A DNA stretch of 64,000 bases from Candidatus Parcubacteria bacterium (GCA_039795775.1 JBDKLC010000005.1:185624-249623); one strand, 5' to 3'. Counted from the stretch's first letter, positions 1 through 10,589 are shown. The notes: generated by a model from the letters alone, not told the origin. A program made the numbers and translations.

Positions 1-2122
1 CTTTTGTGGCGTGATTGAGAATATAGGCTGTTTCCACCATTTCTACCATGAATGTAGACAATCCACGACCAATGCTGTCAGAAGCCCCTGAACGCACAAA
101 AATACGGTCTACGAGCGATATTGTAGCCCGACGTGCTGGTACGAAGCACCCTATATGCGCCATGAGTACGATGAGGGCCACTTGTCGCATATACACAGAT
201 TTTCCTGCCATATTCGGGCCTGTAATTAGCAGCAATTGATTGTCCCGTGCATCGAGGGTTGTATCGTTAGGTACAAACGATGTGTCTTTCAGACGCTCTA
301 CGACAGGATGGCGACCATCAAAAATAGAGATGTCGCCATCCGACGTAATAGTTGGTTTGATGTATCGCTCTCGGTCTGCAATTTCTGCGAAGCAGGTGAG
401 ACAGTCGATGGTCGCAATATGTGTTGCAACTTCTTTGAGTTTCACAATATGTGTTAAAACTTCATCAATTAATTCTAAAAATAATTTGTACTCAAGTTTA
501 TTGATCACATCTTGTCCGCGAAGTACTTTGTCTTCGTATTCATGCAAATCTGCAGTGATGAATCGTTCAGCATTGACTGTCGTCTGCTTGCGTACATACT
601 CCTTTGGCACCATGTCGAGATTTGGTTTGCTTACTTCGATGTAATAACCAAACACATTATTGAATCGTACTTTAAGAGATGAAATACCCGTTCGCTCACG
701 TTCACGTTGTTCGAGGTTTGCAATCCACTGTTTACTATCAAAAATTCCATCATGGAGAGCATCGAGTTCAGTAACAACGCCTCTCTTGATGAGTCCTCCT
801 TCTTTTGCATCAAATGGCGGTTGGTCGACGATGAGCGACTGAATTTTTTCGGCAATACTATGAGGCCCAGACACAGCACTGATAGATGCATGTGCCTCAG
901 CAAACAAGGCAGGAACTTTTGAAACATCCGTAAGAAGCTCGCTCACATCTTTCGCAGCATTCAATGTCACTTTGAGATTGATAAGGTCGTGTGGAGTACT
1001 AATACCAACAGCAAGTCGAGAAACAATTCGCTCGATGTCATACATAGTCTGAAGACGTGCACGTACTTTTTGACGAATACTTCGCTCCTGGATAAAAAGA
1101 TCAACGACCGCTAGACGTTCTTCGATATGCTTTTTTACCCGAAGAGGTTCACGTACCCATTGCTTGAGGAGTCGACCACCCATGGCTGTCTTTGTCTCAT
1201 CAATACATTCTATAAATGAACCTCGCTCGTCCGCATCTCGAATAGTTTTGAACAGCTCAAGATTAGAAATAGTCGATGCATCAAGAGATACATATTCGTC
1301 GGATGCATACGTTCGTACCGTCGTCACATGACTGACTTTTTGTTTCTGCGTATGACTCAAATATCCAAACAGCGCGCCTGCTGCCTTGAGAGCTTGGTCT
1401 TTGTCGTGCAAACCAAATGACCGAAGAGTTTTTACATTGAATTGTTTTTTGAAAAGTTGTTCAGCATTCTTTGCATGAGTATCCCACTCAGGAAAATAGT
1501 ACACGTTGAGTGACCGTTCTTTGCGGAGGGCTCCCAGTATTCGTGGATCATTGTATGAAGTTTCATTGACAATACATTCAGCAGGAGAGAATCGCACGTA
1601 TTCGTTTGCAATTGCTTGTTCAAACTGTTCAGTGTACGGCACTTCAGTTACTTGAAAGTCTCCCGTAGAAACATCAGCAAATGCAATACCAACAGATGAG
1701 TCACCAATAGAAATACTCATCGTGTAGTTGTGTTCTTTCGCTGTGAGTGTTTTTTCATCAAGAATAGTACCCGGAGTAACAATACGCACCACTTCTCGCT
1801 CCACAATCCCTTTTCCTGGCTCACTCACTTGTTCACAGATAGCAACTTTGTGTCCAGCTTTTACGAGTTTAGCGATGTACGCATCTGCTGCATGAAAGGG
1901 AACACCGGCCATAGGAATATCGCCGTCTTTGCCACGAGGTCGTTTTGTCAAAATAATATCGAGTGCTTTTGCACCTACGAGCGCATCATCGAGAAAAAGT
2001 TCATAGAAGTCGCCAAGGCGAAAAAGAAGGAGACAGTCGGGATACTGTCGCTTGATGTGCATAAATTGTTGCATCATAGGAGTACTAAACTCTCGTTCTG
2101 CTTCTGGCGTCGGGCTCTGCAT
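1..2122 (-). CDS. mutS: DNA mismatch repair protein MutS (3' end runs off the window)
   Basis: Manual translation from ATG at 2122 gives MQSPTPEAEREFSTPMMQQFMHIKRQYPDCLLLFRLGDFYELF. Near the window start it reads DRIFVRSGASDSIGRGLSTFMVEMVETAYIL. It is absent from the ORF track because there is no stop codon in the window. Confidence 0.97.
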   Translation of the reverse strand, partial: MQSPTPEAEREFSTPMMQQFMHIKRQYPDCLLLFRLGDFYELFLDDALVGAKALDIILTKRPRGKDGDIPMAGVPFHAADAYIAKLVKAGHKVAICEQVSEPGKGIVEREVVRIVTPGTILDEKTLTAKEHNYTMSISIGDSSVGIAFADVSTGDFQVTEVPYTEQFEQAIANEYVRFSPAECIVNETSYNDPRILGALRKERSLNVYYFPEWDTHAKNAEQLFKKQFNVKTLRSFGLHDKDQALKAAGALFGYLSHTQKQKVSHVTTVRTYASDEYVSLDASTISNLELFKTIRDADERGSFIECIDETKTAMGGRLLKQWVREPLRVKKHIEERLAVVDLFIQERSIRQKVRARLQTMYDIERIVSRLAVGISTPHDLINLKVTLNAAKDVSELLTDVSKVPALFAEAHASISAVSGPHSIAEKIQSLIVDQPPFDAKEGGLIKRGVVTELDALHDGIFDSKQWIANLEQRERERTGISSLKVRFNNVFGYYIEVSKPNLDMVPKEYVRKQTTVNAERFITADLHEYEDKVLRGQDVINKLEYKLFLELIDEVLTHIVKLKEVATHIATIDCLTCFAEIADRERYIKPTITSDGDISIFDGRHPVVERLKDTSFVPNDTTLDARDNQLLLITGPNMAGKSVYMRQVALIVLMAHIGCFVPARRATISLVDRIFVRSGASDSIGRGLSTFMVEMVETAYILNHATK

Positions 2123-2187
2123 ATTGGATGCATTATAACATTTAAAATTTGTGAGCCGAAAAGATGAGGGAAATATGAGAAAAATAT

Positions 2188-2222
2188 AAAACCCCTGGAG
2201 CCGAAGCGCTCCAGGGGTGCAT
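2188..2222 (-). terminator. Intrinsic terminator after the methyltransferase gene
   Basis: acccctggagc-cgaa-gcgctccaggggt stem followed by a T-tract on the minus strand. Confidence 0.7.
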
Positions 2223-2242
2223 GTTTTATTTGTATTTGTGGG

Positions 2243-3136
2243 CTAGCCGACCGTAGGGGTTGCCACAAACATGTTGTATCGGTTCAGGCCGAGCTGGCCG
2301 CACGACAGCAGACGGTTGTCGCCCACGAGTTCTTGGTCGTCCACGTTCCAGCCGTTGAGGCGTAGTAACGTTTCAAACTCATCGCTTGGTGCAGTGGCCC
2401 ACGGCAGAGGGAGGTTGCGTCCATATTTCAGGACACGCTCCATGAAGTAGGCATTGAGCAGCTGGATGTTGGTCTCCAGGAAACTGCCATCGAGTGGCAC
2501 AGGCTCCACAAACACCACCGGCCCTTGGACAGCTTTCCGCAGCGCTTTGAGTGTCGCCACTCTGGATTCGGGTTCGATGTAACTGAGCACATCTACCACA
2601 AGAGCTCCAGTGAACTGATCCTTTGAGAAGCCCATTCCGTCTGGAGTGCCACCCAGCTGATGGAAGGGCACTCTGCAACCAACATCCTGTTGGTCAGTGA
2701 GGTCTGCTCCGAGCACATCGATTTCACTTTGCAGTTGAAGCAACTTGCTGATAGCAGCGTCGCCGCAGCCAAAGTCGAGCACGATGCCACCCGTGTGGGT
2801 GAGGTGCGGTGCGACCAGAGTGTGAATCTTTGATGCACGTTCCTCAAAGGCTGATGCCAAAGCGGTGGGGAAGTGTTTTCCTTCCAGTCCGCGTGTGTTT
2901 ATCCAAAGACCCTCGAGCATTGCATTTGCAATATATTCGATGGTCTCAAGTGGACAATTTCCGACTTGGTAGATCGTCAGCATCGCTGGCACGACTTTTT
3001 CTGCGTTATCTGCAGCGACACCGATGTGTTTGAGCATCGCGATCCAATCCTCTCGAATTCGGTCACGAACTTGGCTTTGTTTGAGCGCAGCTTGAATGAG
3101 CTGCAGCATATCTTCTAACGGGCGTGGTTGCGCCAT
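2243..3136 (-). CDS. Class I SAM-dependent methyltransferase domain protein with unknown N-terminal region
   Basis: Motif I VLDFGCGD; AGGAGG RBS and TTTACT-N17-TATAAT promoter upstream. Confidence 0.75.
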   Translation of the reverse strand: MAQPRPLEDMLQLIQAALKQSQVRDRIREDWIAMLKHIGVAADNAEKVVPAMLTIYQVGNCPLETIEYIANAMLEGLWINTRGLEGKHFPTALASAFEERASKIHTLVAPHLTHTGGIVLDFGCGDAAISKLLQLQSEIDVLGADLTDQQDVGCRVPFHQLGGTPDGMGFSKDQFTGALVVDVLSYIEPESRVATLKALRKAVQGPVVFVEPVPLDGSFLETNIQLLNAYFMERVLKYGRNLPLPWATAPSDEFETLLRLNGWNVDDQELVGDNRLLSCGQLGLNRYNMFVATPTVG

Positions 3137-3302
3137 ATATACCTCCTTGTTTAGGTTTAGACTACGGGTTAAGAAGGCACCAATACAGATGTAAGGTGCT
3201 TTTCGTATACTATTATACTACAAAACGTGTAAAAAGTAAAGCGTATGAAGGTGTATGAAAGCGTTTCAAATCGTGTGTCCGACATGTACAATTGTATACA
3301 TC

Positions 3303-3503
3303 ATGAATATACATACACTTGCTCACAACGGAGTCATCCATACAAGTGCGGCCGAATCAGCAGCACACGTTTCAGCGAATACATCATCAGTACCAGCACA
3401 TTCTTTTGTAGAACATCACGCAGTACATATAGTTCTTATTGGTGCTGCAATTTTGTATTGCGTATATCTTATTATCTCAGATCGTATCAATCGGGCTCGC
3501 TAA
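3303..3503 (+). CDS. Small His-rich membrane protein
   Basis: ORF with AHNGVIH N-terminus and a C-terminal hydrophobic helix; fills the intergenic space. Confidence 0.5.
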   Translation: MNIHTLAHNGVIHTSAAESAAHVSANTSSVPAHSFVEHHAVHIVLIGAAILYCVYLIISDRINRAR

Positions 3504-3894
3504 GGTATTTAAGATAGTAATCTGCGTTGTTTGAAGAGGCAGTCTTAAAGTGGTGAGTGAATACCATGATACCAATAATGACAGCTGCAACTGCTGTTAC
3601 AAGGACGAATGCTGCAAGAGTATCTTTTATTTTTCCAATGATGGGGTCATGTGCTGGTTCTACTTTATTACACAAATCTTCGATAGCAGTATTTACGATT
3701 TCTGCTCCAAGCACCATTACAATGGCCAAAATAAGAAGTGAAGATTCGACAAAAGAAAAATCAAAATATACTGAACAAAGAATAACGACGAGAGCCGCCA
3801 ATATATGAATTTTGAAGTTGTGTTCTTCTCGGGCTACAGTGGCAAACCCTCGGAGGGCGTGCTGAAATGATCGGAGTACTTTTTTGATTATCAT
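3487..3894 (-). CDS. dgkA: Diacylglycerol/undecaprenol kinase family protein
   Basis: SFQHALRG, EHNFKIH, EIVNTAIEDLCN, IGKIKD motifs; three TM helices. Confidence 0.9.
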   Translation of the reverse strand: MIIKKVLRSFQHALRGFATVAREEHNFKIHILAALVVILCSVYFDFSFVESSLLILAIVMVLGAEIVNTAIEDLCNKVEPAHDPIIGKIKDTLAAFVLVTAVAAVIIGIMVFTHHFKTASSNNADYYLKYLSEPD

Positions 3895-3925
3895 TGCCTT
3901 ATTTTAATTTACTATTTCTTTAGTA

Positions 3926-4840
3926 TTAATTGAAGATAAGTAAGAGATAATTATCGAGATCTCGTTGGTCGAAGTCATAGAAGAATTTTCCTTCACGCTT
4001 TAGTCGACTCGCAAGGTCTACACCCACAAATCGCCAATGCCACGGTTCATATATATAGTATTTGTTGTTTGGTGGATATGAAAGAGTGAATCCATATGAA
4101 TGAGCATTATTCATAAGCCATGTATACGCTGGAGTTTTTTCAAATCCGTCGAATGAAGCGCCTGTAGCTGATGTTGTGAAGTCGAGAGTAGTTCCGAGTT
4201 GGTGTTCTGAATATCCTTGGTCTGCAGAAAATTTATTTGCTGTTCCTGCACCATATGTAACTTTGTAGCTCGATTTGAGTTGTGCCTGAGTATTGAATGA
4301 TCGATACGCTGAAGCAACTTGAATATCGATACCTTGATTTCGAGCCGAAGAAATCATTTGCTGAAGGTAGGGAGCAACTTTAGAATGAATTTGAAGATCA
4401 CTACTCTTGTTGAAGAGGAACTGAGGAGCAATAGGAGAGAGAGCGTCAGGAGTGTAGTGTTCATTAAGGAAATAAATCTTTGAATATTTTTGAAGAAGTT
4501 GAGGATCAGTTTTACTCAATTTATCTAGTGTTCCGACAGTATCATACACACGTCCGATTTGTTCTTGAACAGTACTATTTTTTGATTGTTCTGTAGCAAG
4601 CACATCTTTGAGAGAAGCACTCTCACCACTAAGTGTGAGCACAATATCATTGAGGGCTTGAATTTTACTTTCTATATTGAGTGTCGATGATGCGATGAGC
4701 TGATCTCGTACGGTTATTTCGTCTTTCAGTTGTCTGAAACGGTACTCGCCGTAAATAGATGCTCCTAATGACAATACAACAATGGCTACTCCAAGAAGAA
4801 CATGTGTCCGTGTTGGAAAATGGCTTAAATGAGGGTTCAT
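3926..4840 (-). CDS. M15B D-Ala-D-Ala carboxypeptidase (VanY-like) with TM anchor and coiled-coil stalk
   Basis: SAYRS, SEHQLGTTLD, YEPWHWRFVG motifs. Confidence 0.92.
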   Translation of the reverse strand: MNPHLSHFPTRTHVLLGVAIVVLSLGASIYGEYRFRQLKDEITVRDQLIASSTLNIESKIQALNDIVLTLSGESASLKDVLATEQSKNSTVQEQIGRVYDTVGTLDKLSKTDPQLLQKYSKIYFLNEHYTPDALSPIAPQFLFNKSSDLQIHSKVAPYLQQMISSARNQGIDIQVASAYRSFNTQAQLKSSYKVTYGAGTANKFSADQGYSEHQLGTTLDFTTSATGASFDGFEKTPAYTWLMNNAHSYGFTLSYPPNNKYYIYEPWHWRFVGVDLASRLKREGKFFYDFDQRDLDNYLLLIFN

Positions 4841-4905
4841 GCCGATAATTGTATCATATTAAAAAACGATCATATTCGTAGAATGAAGCGTGATATACTT
4901 TTTAT

Positions 4906-5859
4906 ATGAAAAAAGGAATTATTATTCTTGCTAGTTTTATTCTTATTGCTGGTGCAGCGGGGAGTATAGTTTTATACACAAATTCATTGCCACAGCAGGC
5001 CGAAGGTCCACAAATCGCTACTTCGACAGACACTGATGTAACAGGTACGACTGATGTAAAGAGTCAGCAAACAAAAGATGAAGAAATTGCGTTGCAAGTA
5101 AGTACATTACTTTTTACAACTATCTATAAGACTACTATCGATGCGCGGACATTGGGTACACCTTCGACACCAACAGTGGGGTACAGGGTAAACGAACATA
5201 TTTTATTGATTTCAAAAAATCCTGAACCTCTTCGGAAGTATCTTTCATTAAATAAAGATATGAGTGCCCCTGTGCAGGAACGATTGTATAAAGAGTATGT
5301 GCTTTCTCTTGTCCTTCCTCGACCAGCGCAACAAGACAATTTTGATGAATACTATAATGATATGCTCAAAGAAAAAACTACATACGAAGAAATAGATACC
5401 ATGTATTCTGTAGATGCATACCAAACAAGCAGTACTACATATTCTGTCATTATGACAAATTTTTCGATGAGTGGGGCATACAATCTCGATCAACATCTCT
5501 ATACATTTTCTCCAAAAGATTATGTTCTTAAGCCTGCTACATTATTTTCAGTTGAAAATAATAAATTGGTAAAACAATCAGGAAAAGATCTAACAAACGT
5601 GTATGTTGATGATAGAGATCCAACAACAGTCCACCTTCTTGGATTCAGAGCTTTTGGTCTGTGGCCATGCTTTATAAATGAAGCATACAAACTCTATGGA
5701 GATAGATTTATTGTTGTATCAAAGACTCAGTTGAAAGGATGTATTGGCACATCGATAGATAGCCCCGATGATATTCCTGAAAACTTTGATGAAACTCCTG
5801 TCGTTATTTATACGACACCTGCATCTATGATAGAGAAGGTAAAGCAGGCAGCTTTATAA
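4906..5859 (+). CDS. Hypothetical exported protein
   Basis: N-terminal signal/TM helix, 317 aa; -10 box 6 nt before ATG. Confidence 0.7.
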   Translation: MKKGIIILASFILIAGAAGSIVLYTNSLPQQAEGPQIATSTDTDVTGTTDVKSQQTKDEEIALQVSTLLFTTIYKTTIDARTLGTPSTPTVGYRVNEHILLISKNPEPLRKYLSLNKDMSAPVQERLYKEYVLSLVLPRPAQQDNFDEYYNDMLKEKTTYEEIDTMYSVDAYQTSSTTYSVIMTNFSMSGAYNLDQHLYTFSPKDYVLKPATLFSVENNKLVKQSGKDLTNVYVDDRDPTTVHLLGFRAFGLWPCFINEAYKLYGDRFIVVSKTQLKGCIGTSIDSPDDIPENFDETPVVIYTTPASMIEKVKQAAL

Positions 5860-5943
5860 AATACATACAACAAAAATCCACCGTCAACGACAGGGATTTC
5901 TGGGTTGAAAGTGGATGTGGATGTATGAGCAATTTGGGTTGAA

Positions 5944-6435
5944 TCACTCACGACATATGAAGATCGCTCCTTTTTGATTTCCCTTTGTAATGGAAACTTT
6001 AAGGAGGGCTTGAATACTTGGAATTTTATTCTCCCAAATGTGATGGATCGCGGCATTGTTGCCGTTACCGAGTCTCACCATAAAGATGTCATCGTTGTCG
6101 ATCGCAAGTTGCATAAAGCAAGCGATGAGTTGAATGCTGTAGCCATTTCCTCGGAACTTTTCTGGCACATAGACCGAGAATACCTTCCAAATCTGCTGCT
6201 CCTTTTGGAAGAAGACGTGGCCGATGAATTCTCCTGCATCGTTGTGGAAAAGAAGCCCGTCGTAGCCCATGAGATTCATGAGGACGAGGAGCACCCAATC
6301 AGGTAGCCAGTTACGGAACCATCGGGTCTTGAGGTCGAATGCGCTGCCTTTGTCGGGATTGCGAATACATGTAGCAACGTATGCGCGTTCTGCTTGGTGT
6401 GCTTTTGTGAGTGCACTAACTCGTTGGGTTTTCAT
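5944..6435 (-). CDS. GNAT-family acetyltransferase-like protein
   Basis: Acetyl-CoA binding motif VYVPEKFRGNGYS. Confidence 0.7.
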   Translation of the reverse strand: MKTQRVSALTKAHQAERAYVATCIRNPDKGSAFDLKTRWFRNWLPDWVLLVLMNLMGYDGLLFHNDAGEFIGHVFFQKEQQIWKVFSVYVPEKFRGNGYSIQLIACFMQLAIDNDDIFMVRLGNGNNAAIHHIWENKIPSIQALLKVSITKGNQKGAIFICRE

Positions 6436-6568
6436 AATCGTAAAGAATCTCCGGTTGACTGATGCGTCATTGCGTCAGTTTTTCTGGATACAGAGTACAA
6501 TATGGTTTTTGTTTTGTAAATGTCTCTCTCATCTGTCACTTATCCATGTAAGATGATAAAATTTTGAT

Positions 6569-8080
6569 ATGAAATTTATCGACAACTTTTTGAACTCAGT
6601 CACTATGTACAATCTGGTACTCAAGTGCCTTTGGGTGATTGCGGGTGTAGCTATTGTATTAGGTGCGTTTGGTGTTATTCCATATAGTCCATTATCTCTT
6701 ATCGGTTCATTCCTTACGCTTGCAGTTGTGAGTTGGGCTGTGAATGGACTTTTTGCACATATTTTTAAAGTACCTGCAAACGTTGAATCATATTCGATCA
6801 CAAGTCTCATTTTGTTCTTCATCATGCCGCCAGCAACATCTATCGCTGGGTACGGTGTGCTCGCTCTTACGGCTGCAATTGCAATGGCATCAAAATATCT
6901 GCTTGTTGTGCATCATACACATATTGCTAATCCTGCAGCGTTTGGTGCATTTGTAGTTGGTCTTATAGGATTTGGTGACTCGTGGTGGGTGGGCAACTAC
7001 ATGTCTCTCTATCCATTTCTCATTGTGGCAGGTGCTCTTATCGTAAAAAAGATTCGTCGATGGCCGCTCTTTATCGGGTATGCTCTTGCTGCACTTGTCG
7101 GTTCGTCTATAGTCGCTCTACTCAATGACTTGAGTGTTCCAAGTGTTGCTCTAGGTGTTCTCACCAACGGTGCACTTATATTCTTGGGAACAGTGATGCT
7201 TACAGAGCCGCTGACAATGCCTTCGACTCGAAAGATGCAAATCATCTATGGAGTGATCGTAGGATTCCTTGCTACATTCACCGCGGGCGCCTTCTATGTT
7301 TCTCTCGAGCTTGCTCTTATTATTGGAAACGTATTTGCGTTTGTCGTGAGTCCAAAGTTTCGACTCAAACTGACACTTGTTGCAAAGCGTGCCTTATCAC
7401 CTGATATTCATGAGTTTGAATTTTCTTCAACTGAAAAAATACAGTTTGACCCAGGGCAGTATCTTGAATGGACATTAGCGCATCAGGGTCCAGACTCTCG
7501 AGGAAATAGACGATATTTTACGGTAGCGTCATCTCCGACTGAACAAACAATAAAGCTTGGTATTCGACTTGCTCCAGAAAAGGGAAGTTCATTCAAAAAC
7601 GCTCTTGTTGGTCTTGAAGTAGGACATGCTATTTTTGCAGGACAAATTGCTGGTGATTTCGTGTTGCCAAAAGATACATCAAAGAAAATAGTATTTGTAG
7701 CTGGTGGAATTGGTGTGACTCCATTTAGAAGTATGGCGAAATATCTTATCGACTCAGGTGAAAAACGAGATGTAACTCTTTTTTATGCAGCAATGACTCC
7801 TCAGAGTTTTGTATATTCAGATGTGTTTGCTGAAGCTGCTCAAAAGTTTGGTATGAAAACAGTCAATGTACTTTCTGGTGCAAAAGAAATTCCGCAAGGA
7901 TGGAATGGGGAAGCCGGTTTCCTTACTGCTGACATGATTAAAAAATATATTCTAGAATATACTGATCATTTGTTCTATCTCTCTGGTCCAAATGGTATGG
8001 TAATGGCGTACAAAGACATGCTCAAGAAGGCTGGAGTTATTGAAACAAATATTCATACAGACTATTTCCCAGGGTTCTAG
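6569..8080 (+). CDS. NqrB/RnfD-like membrane domain fused to FNR-type FAD/NAD(P)-binding oxidoreductase
   Basis: N-terminal multi-TM region with HIANPAAFG and MLTEPLT; C-terminal RYFTVAS, VAGGIGVTPF, YLSGP motifs. Confidence 0.88.
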   Translation: MKFIDNFLNSVTMYNLVLKCLWVIAGVAIVLGAFGVIPYSPLSLIGSFLTLAVVSWAVNGLFAHIFKVPANVESYSITSLILFFIMPPATSIAGYGVLALTAAIAMASKYLLVVHHTHIANPAAFGAFVVGLIGFGDSWWVGNYMSLYPFLIVAGALIVKKIRRWPLFIGYALAALVGSSIVALLNDLSVPSVALGVLTNGALIFLGTVMLTEPLTMPSTRKMQIIYGVIVGFLATFTAGAFYVSLELALIIGNVFAFVVSPKFRLKLTLVAKRALSPDIHEFEFSSTEKIQFDPGQYLEWTLAHQGPDSRGNRRYFTVASSPTEQTIKLGIRLAPEKGSSFKNALVGLEVGHAIFAGQIAGDFVLPKDTSKKIVFVAGGIGVTPFRSMAKYLIDSGEKRDVTLFYAAMTPQSFVYSDVFAEAAQKFGMKTVNVLSGAKEIPQGWNGEAGFLTADMIKKYILEYTDHLFYLSGPNGMVMAYKDMLKKAGVIETNIHTDYFPGF

Positions 8081-8176
8081 ATAAAAGAAAACCGCCAATT
8101 CATACAGGTTGTCAGGCTGCATGAACGGCGGCTTGTTTTCTTCGGAGTCGGAGGACGAGTCCTCTTGTGCTGTGGT

Positions 8177-8764
8177 TTAGGTGACCTCTCCATCGAGCGG
8201 TTGCACGTTGGGGACGAGCGGACCTCGTGGCTGTGGAAACGCCCTGTTTGCACGGGTGCGCAAGGTGCCGAGCACCCAATCAGCAAATGGCAGGACAACG
8301 TTGAAGTTGTTGTCAGACATATACCGATGATGGAGTAAGTGATGACCGTTGAGCTTTTTGAAAATCCAGCCCACCAGTTTGAACTTAAACAGACGGCGTG
8401 GTCGCGGCAGGTGCATGCACCAGTGAAGGTATTCATACGTTGCATAGTATGCTGCAAGCACTGAGGCCAAGGTGATCATAGGCCACCACACACCCATCCA
8501 GATGCCCAAAGGCAAGAGTGGAAGAGATGCGATGACGATGAGCACGGGTCCATTCCACGGTGCCATTGGAATTGTTTTGGCATCTACGGGTCTTTGCAGC
8601 TCGTAGGTTTTGTCGGATCTAAATGTTCTGTGATGCACACGGGCGTGCGCGTCATAGGCATAGTTGAATCCAAAAAATGGTTGGTGCATGACGTAGCGGT
8701 GCAGAAACCACTCGAAGAACGATGTGTAGAGCACACATCCGATGAGAGTTAATGTGAAGATCAT
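8177..8764 (-). CDS. Fatty acid hydroxylase / sterol desaturase superfamily membrane enzyme
   Basis: Di-metal His boxes HRYVMH, HARVHH, HWCMH, HLLHH; NFNVVLPFADWVLGT. Start placed at ATG 8764. Confidence 0.85.
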   Translation of the reverse strand: MIFTLTLIGCVLYTSFFEWFLHRYVMHQPFFGFNYAYDAHARVHHRTFRSDKTYELQRPVDAKTIPMAPWNGPVLIVIASLPLLPLGIWMGVWWPMITLASVLAAYYATYEYLHWCMHLPRPRRLFKFKLVGWIFKKLNGHHLLHHRYMSDNNFNVVLPFADWVLGTLRTRANRAFPQPRGPLVPNVQPLDGEVT

Positions 8765-8968
8765 ATGAAATGAGCGTTGGTTGTTTGTCAGAATCAGTGA
8801 AGTGCTGTTTTGGACGGTAGATTGCAGAATGACGCACACGCGTATTCAGGTCCGTTCGTAGTATACACGAAATTGTGCGTTATGATTATTTAAAAGTTAT
8901 TGAAAAAGTAGGTAACAGAAAACCCACCATATCGCAGATGGGCATCTGTGATACGGTGGGTGATTACA

Positions 8969-9052
8969 TCATCCCACGTAGCGGCTCCTTCCGGTGTAAT
9001 AACCATTAGGGCCGACTTCATACTGGTATTTTCCGATACGTTGCCAGATCAT
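8969..9052 (-). CDS. Candidate 27-aa microprotein MIWQRIGKYQYEVGPNGYYTGRSRYVG
   Basis: ATG 7 nt after the stop of 9060..9524; the ORF fills the gap up to the terminator at about 8917-8962. Confidence 0.4.
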   Translation of the reverse strand: MIWQRIGKYQYEVGPNGYYTGRSRYVG

Positions 9053-9059
9053 AGTGTTG

Positions 9060-9524
9060 TTAAGCGTTGGCTTTCTCAGCGTTGTGTTGCGTGACATCTT
9101 GTCCACGCCAGAATGTCCAGGAAGCGGAGCATCCGAGGTGCGACACTTTGAGGCCGACGATTCCGAGGAACGTCGTGGAGATCATCCAGAGATTTCCTTC
9201 TTGGTGAGTCAGGACGATGCTGTTGTAGAGCACCACTTCTTCATTGAGGAAGTCGCCTTGAGTGTGGAAGAACCAAGAGCCGAAGCTCGAGTGTTGAAAC
9301 CACATCATGATCATGGGAAACATGATGATGAAGCAGGCGATCATGGTTGCTAGTGAGATTGCCCACAGCAAGGGCCAATACCAGGCGCCTTCCGTTTTTC
9401 GGATGGAGCGCAGGGCGTTGGCAACATGGGTGCTGATATTTTGGAACGCGATTATGAGGCTAAACGGTAGGACCCACAGCGAAGTGAGACCGAGGAGTAG
9501 TGCGGTGATGATGACGAGGTGCAT
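9060..9524 (-). CDS. Hypothetical membrane protein
   Basis: Hydrophobic ORF; TTGACT-N17-TATTAT promoter and hairpin leader upstream. Confidence 0.6.
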   Translation of the reverse strand: MHLVIITALLLGLTSLWVLPFSLIIAFQNISTHVANALRSIRKTEGAWYWPLLWAISLATMIACFIIMFPMIMMWFQHSSFGSWFFHTQGDFLNEEVVLYNSIVLTHQEGNLWMISTTFLGIVGLKVSHLGCSASWTFWRGQDVTQHNAEKANA

Positions 9525-9698
9525 ATTATGTGATATTCAGGTTGTGTTGAGTTTAAAACTGCTTGTAAGACACAATGTCTTACGTCTTAGAAGCAGTTTT
9601 AGAATGTCACATCTGCGTATATAATAGCATACTTTATTATAAAAGTCAAGCATAACTATGGCTCAACAAAGGGATAAAGCGCGTTTTCTATGAATAAA

Positions 9699-10589
9699 TT
9701 ACTCCGTAAAAAATCCTCCTGGAAATGCTATAGAGTGGGTGAGTGAACCGTCCGCATGGAGAATAGCGTAGTCAAAATGAAATTCTTTTTGAAGCTTTTC
9801 AGGAGACACGAAAAAGAGCGCTGTAGTTAGGGCATCAGCAAGAAGAGTTGTTTCTGCAACTACCCACAAGGCAGTTATATGTCGTGGCGACTCAACAGAA
9901 TGTGCATCAATAACGTGATGAAATTTATTCCATGTTCGTCTATTGCCGGCGGATCCACAAATACTTTTGTTTACAATCGTTGCTACCCCAATTGCCTTTG
10001 ACGTATCACGTGGATCTTCAAGTCCTATCTGCTGAGGTATCTTGTCCTTACTTGTATGTAAAATATCACCGCCTGCATTGATAGTGTATTCTTCGATTCC
10101 TGAGTCTGTCATAAGCTGACCGACAATATCTATAATGTGTCCCTTACCCAAAGCGCCGAAGTCGAGAGACACGGGCTCTTTAATGATGAGTTTTGGATGT
10201 GGTCCGTCATTATGATATTCCATAACATCTTTCCACTTTTTTGCAGGGAGAATTTTTTCTTTTGGAGTGAGTGAATACTGCGCATCATATCCTGCATCTA
10301 CAAGTACTTGGCCAATGAGGGGTGTCATTTTGCCATGTGTAATGCTGTACAACTTTTCGTAGAGTGAAAGCATAGGTCCTGCATCTGTTGGAAGGTTGTA
10401 GGTGCCAGCAGTTTTTCTGATTTGTGCAATGAGTGAACCGTCTCGAAATCGTGAGTATGTTTCTTCAAAGTGTTCGATGCGAGCTTTTACCACATTAGCA
10501 ATAGAATCAGACGCGATAACGTCTGATTCTATAAAATCAATCTTCCATTCAGTACCAATTGCACGAAATGCAAATTGGAAGTGAGTCAT
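9699..10589 (-). CDS. apbE: FAD:protein FMN transferase (ApbE family)
   Basis: AIGTEW, YSRFRDGS, LDFGALGKG, INAGGD, HHVID, ADALTTALF motifs. Confidence 0.93.
   Translation of the reverse strand: MTHFQFAFRAIGTEWKIDFIESDVIASDSIANVVKARIEHFEETYSRFRDGSLIAQIRKTAGTYNLPTDAGPMLSLYEKLYSITHGKMTPLIGQVLVDAGYDAQYSLTPKEKILPAKKWKDVMEYHNDGPHPKLIIKEPVSLDFGALGKGHIIDIVGQLMTDSGIEEYTINAGGDILHTSKDKIPQQIGLEDPRDTSKAIGVATIVNKSICGSAGNRRTWNKFHHVIDAHSVESPRHITALWVVAETTLLADALTTALFFVSPEKLQKEFHFDYAILHADGSLTHSIAFPGGFFTE

Noticed and set aside
1-2167. Short plus-strand ORFs in the track over 48-2167
   Set aside because: They are antisense shadows of mutS.
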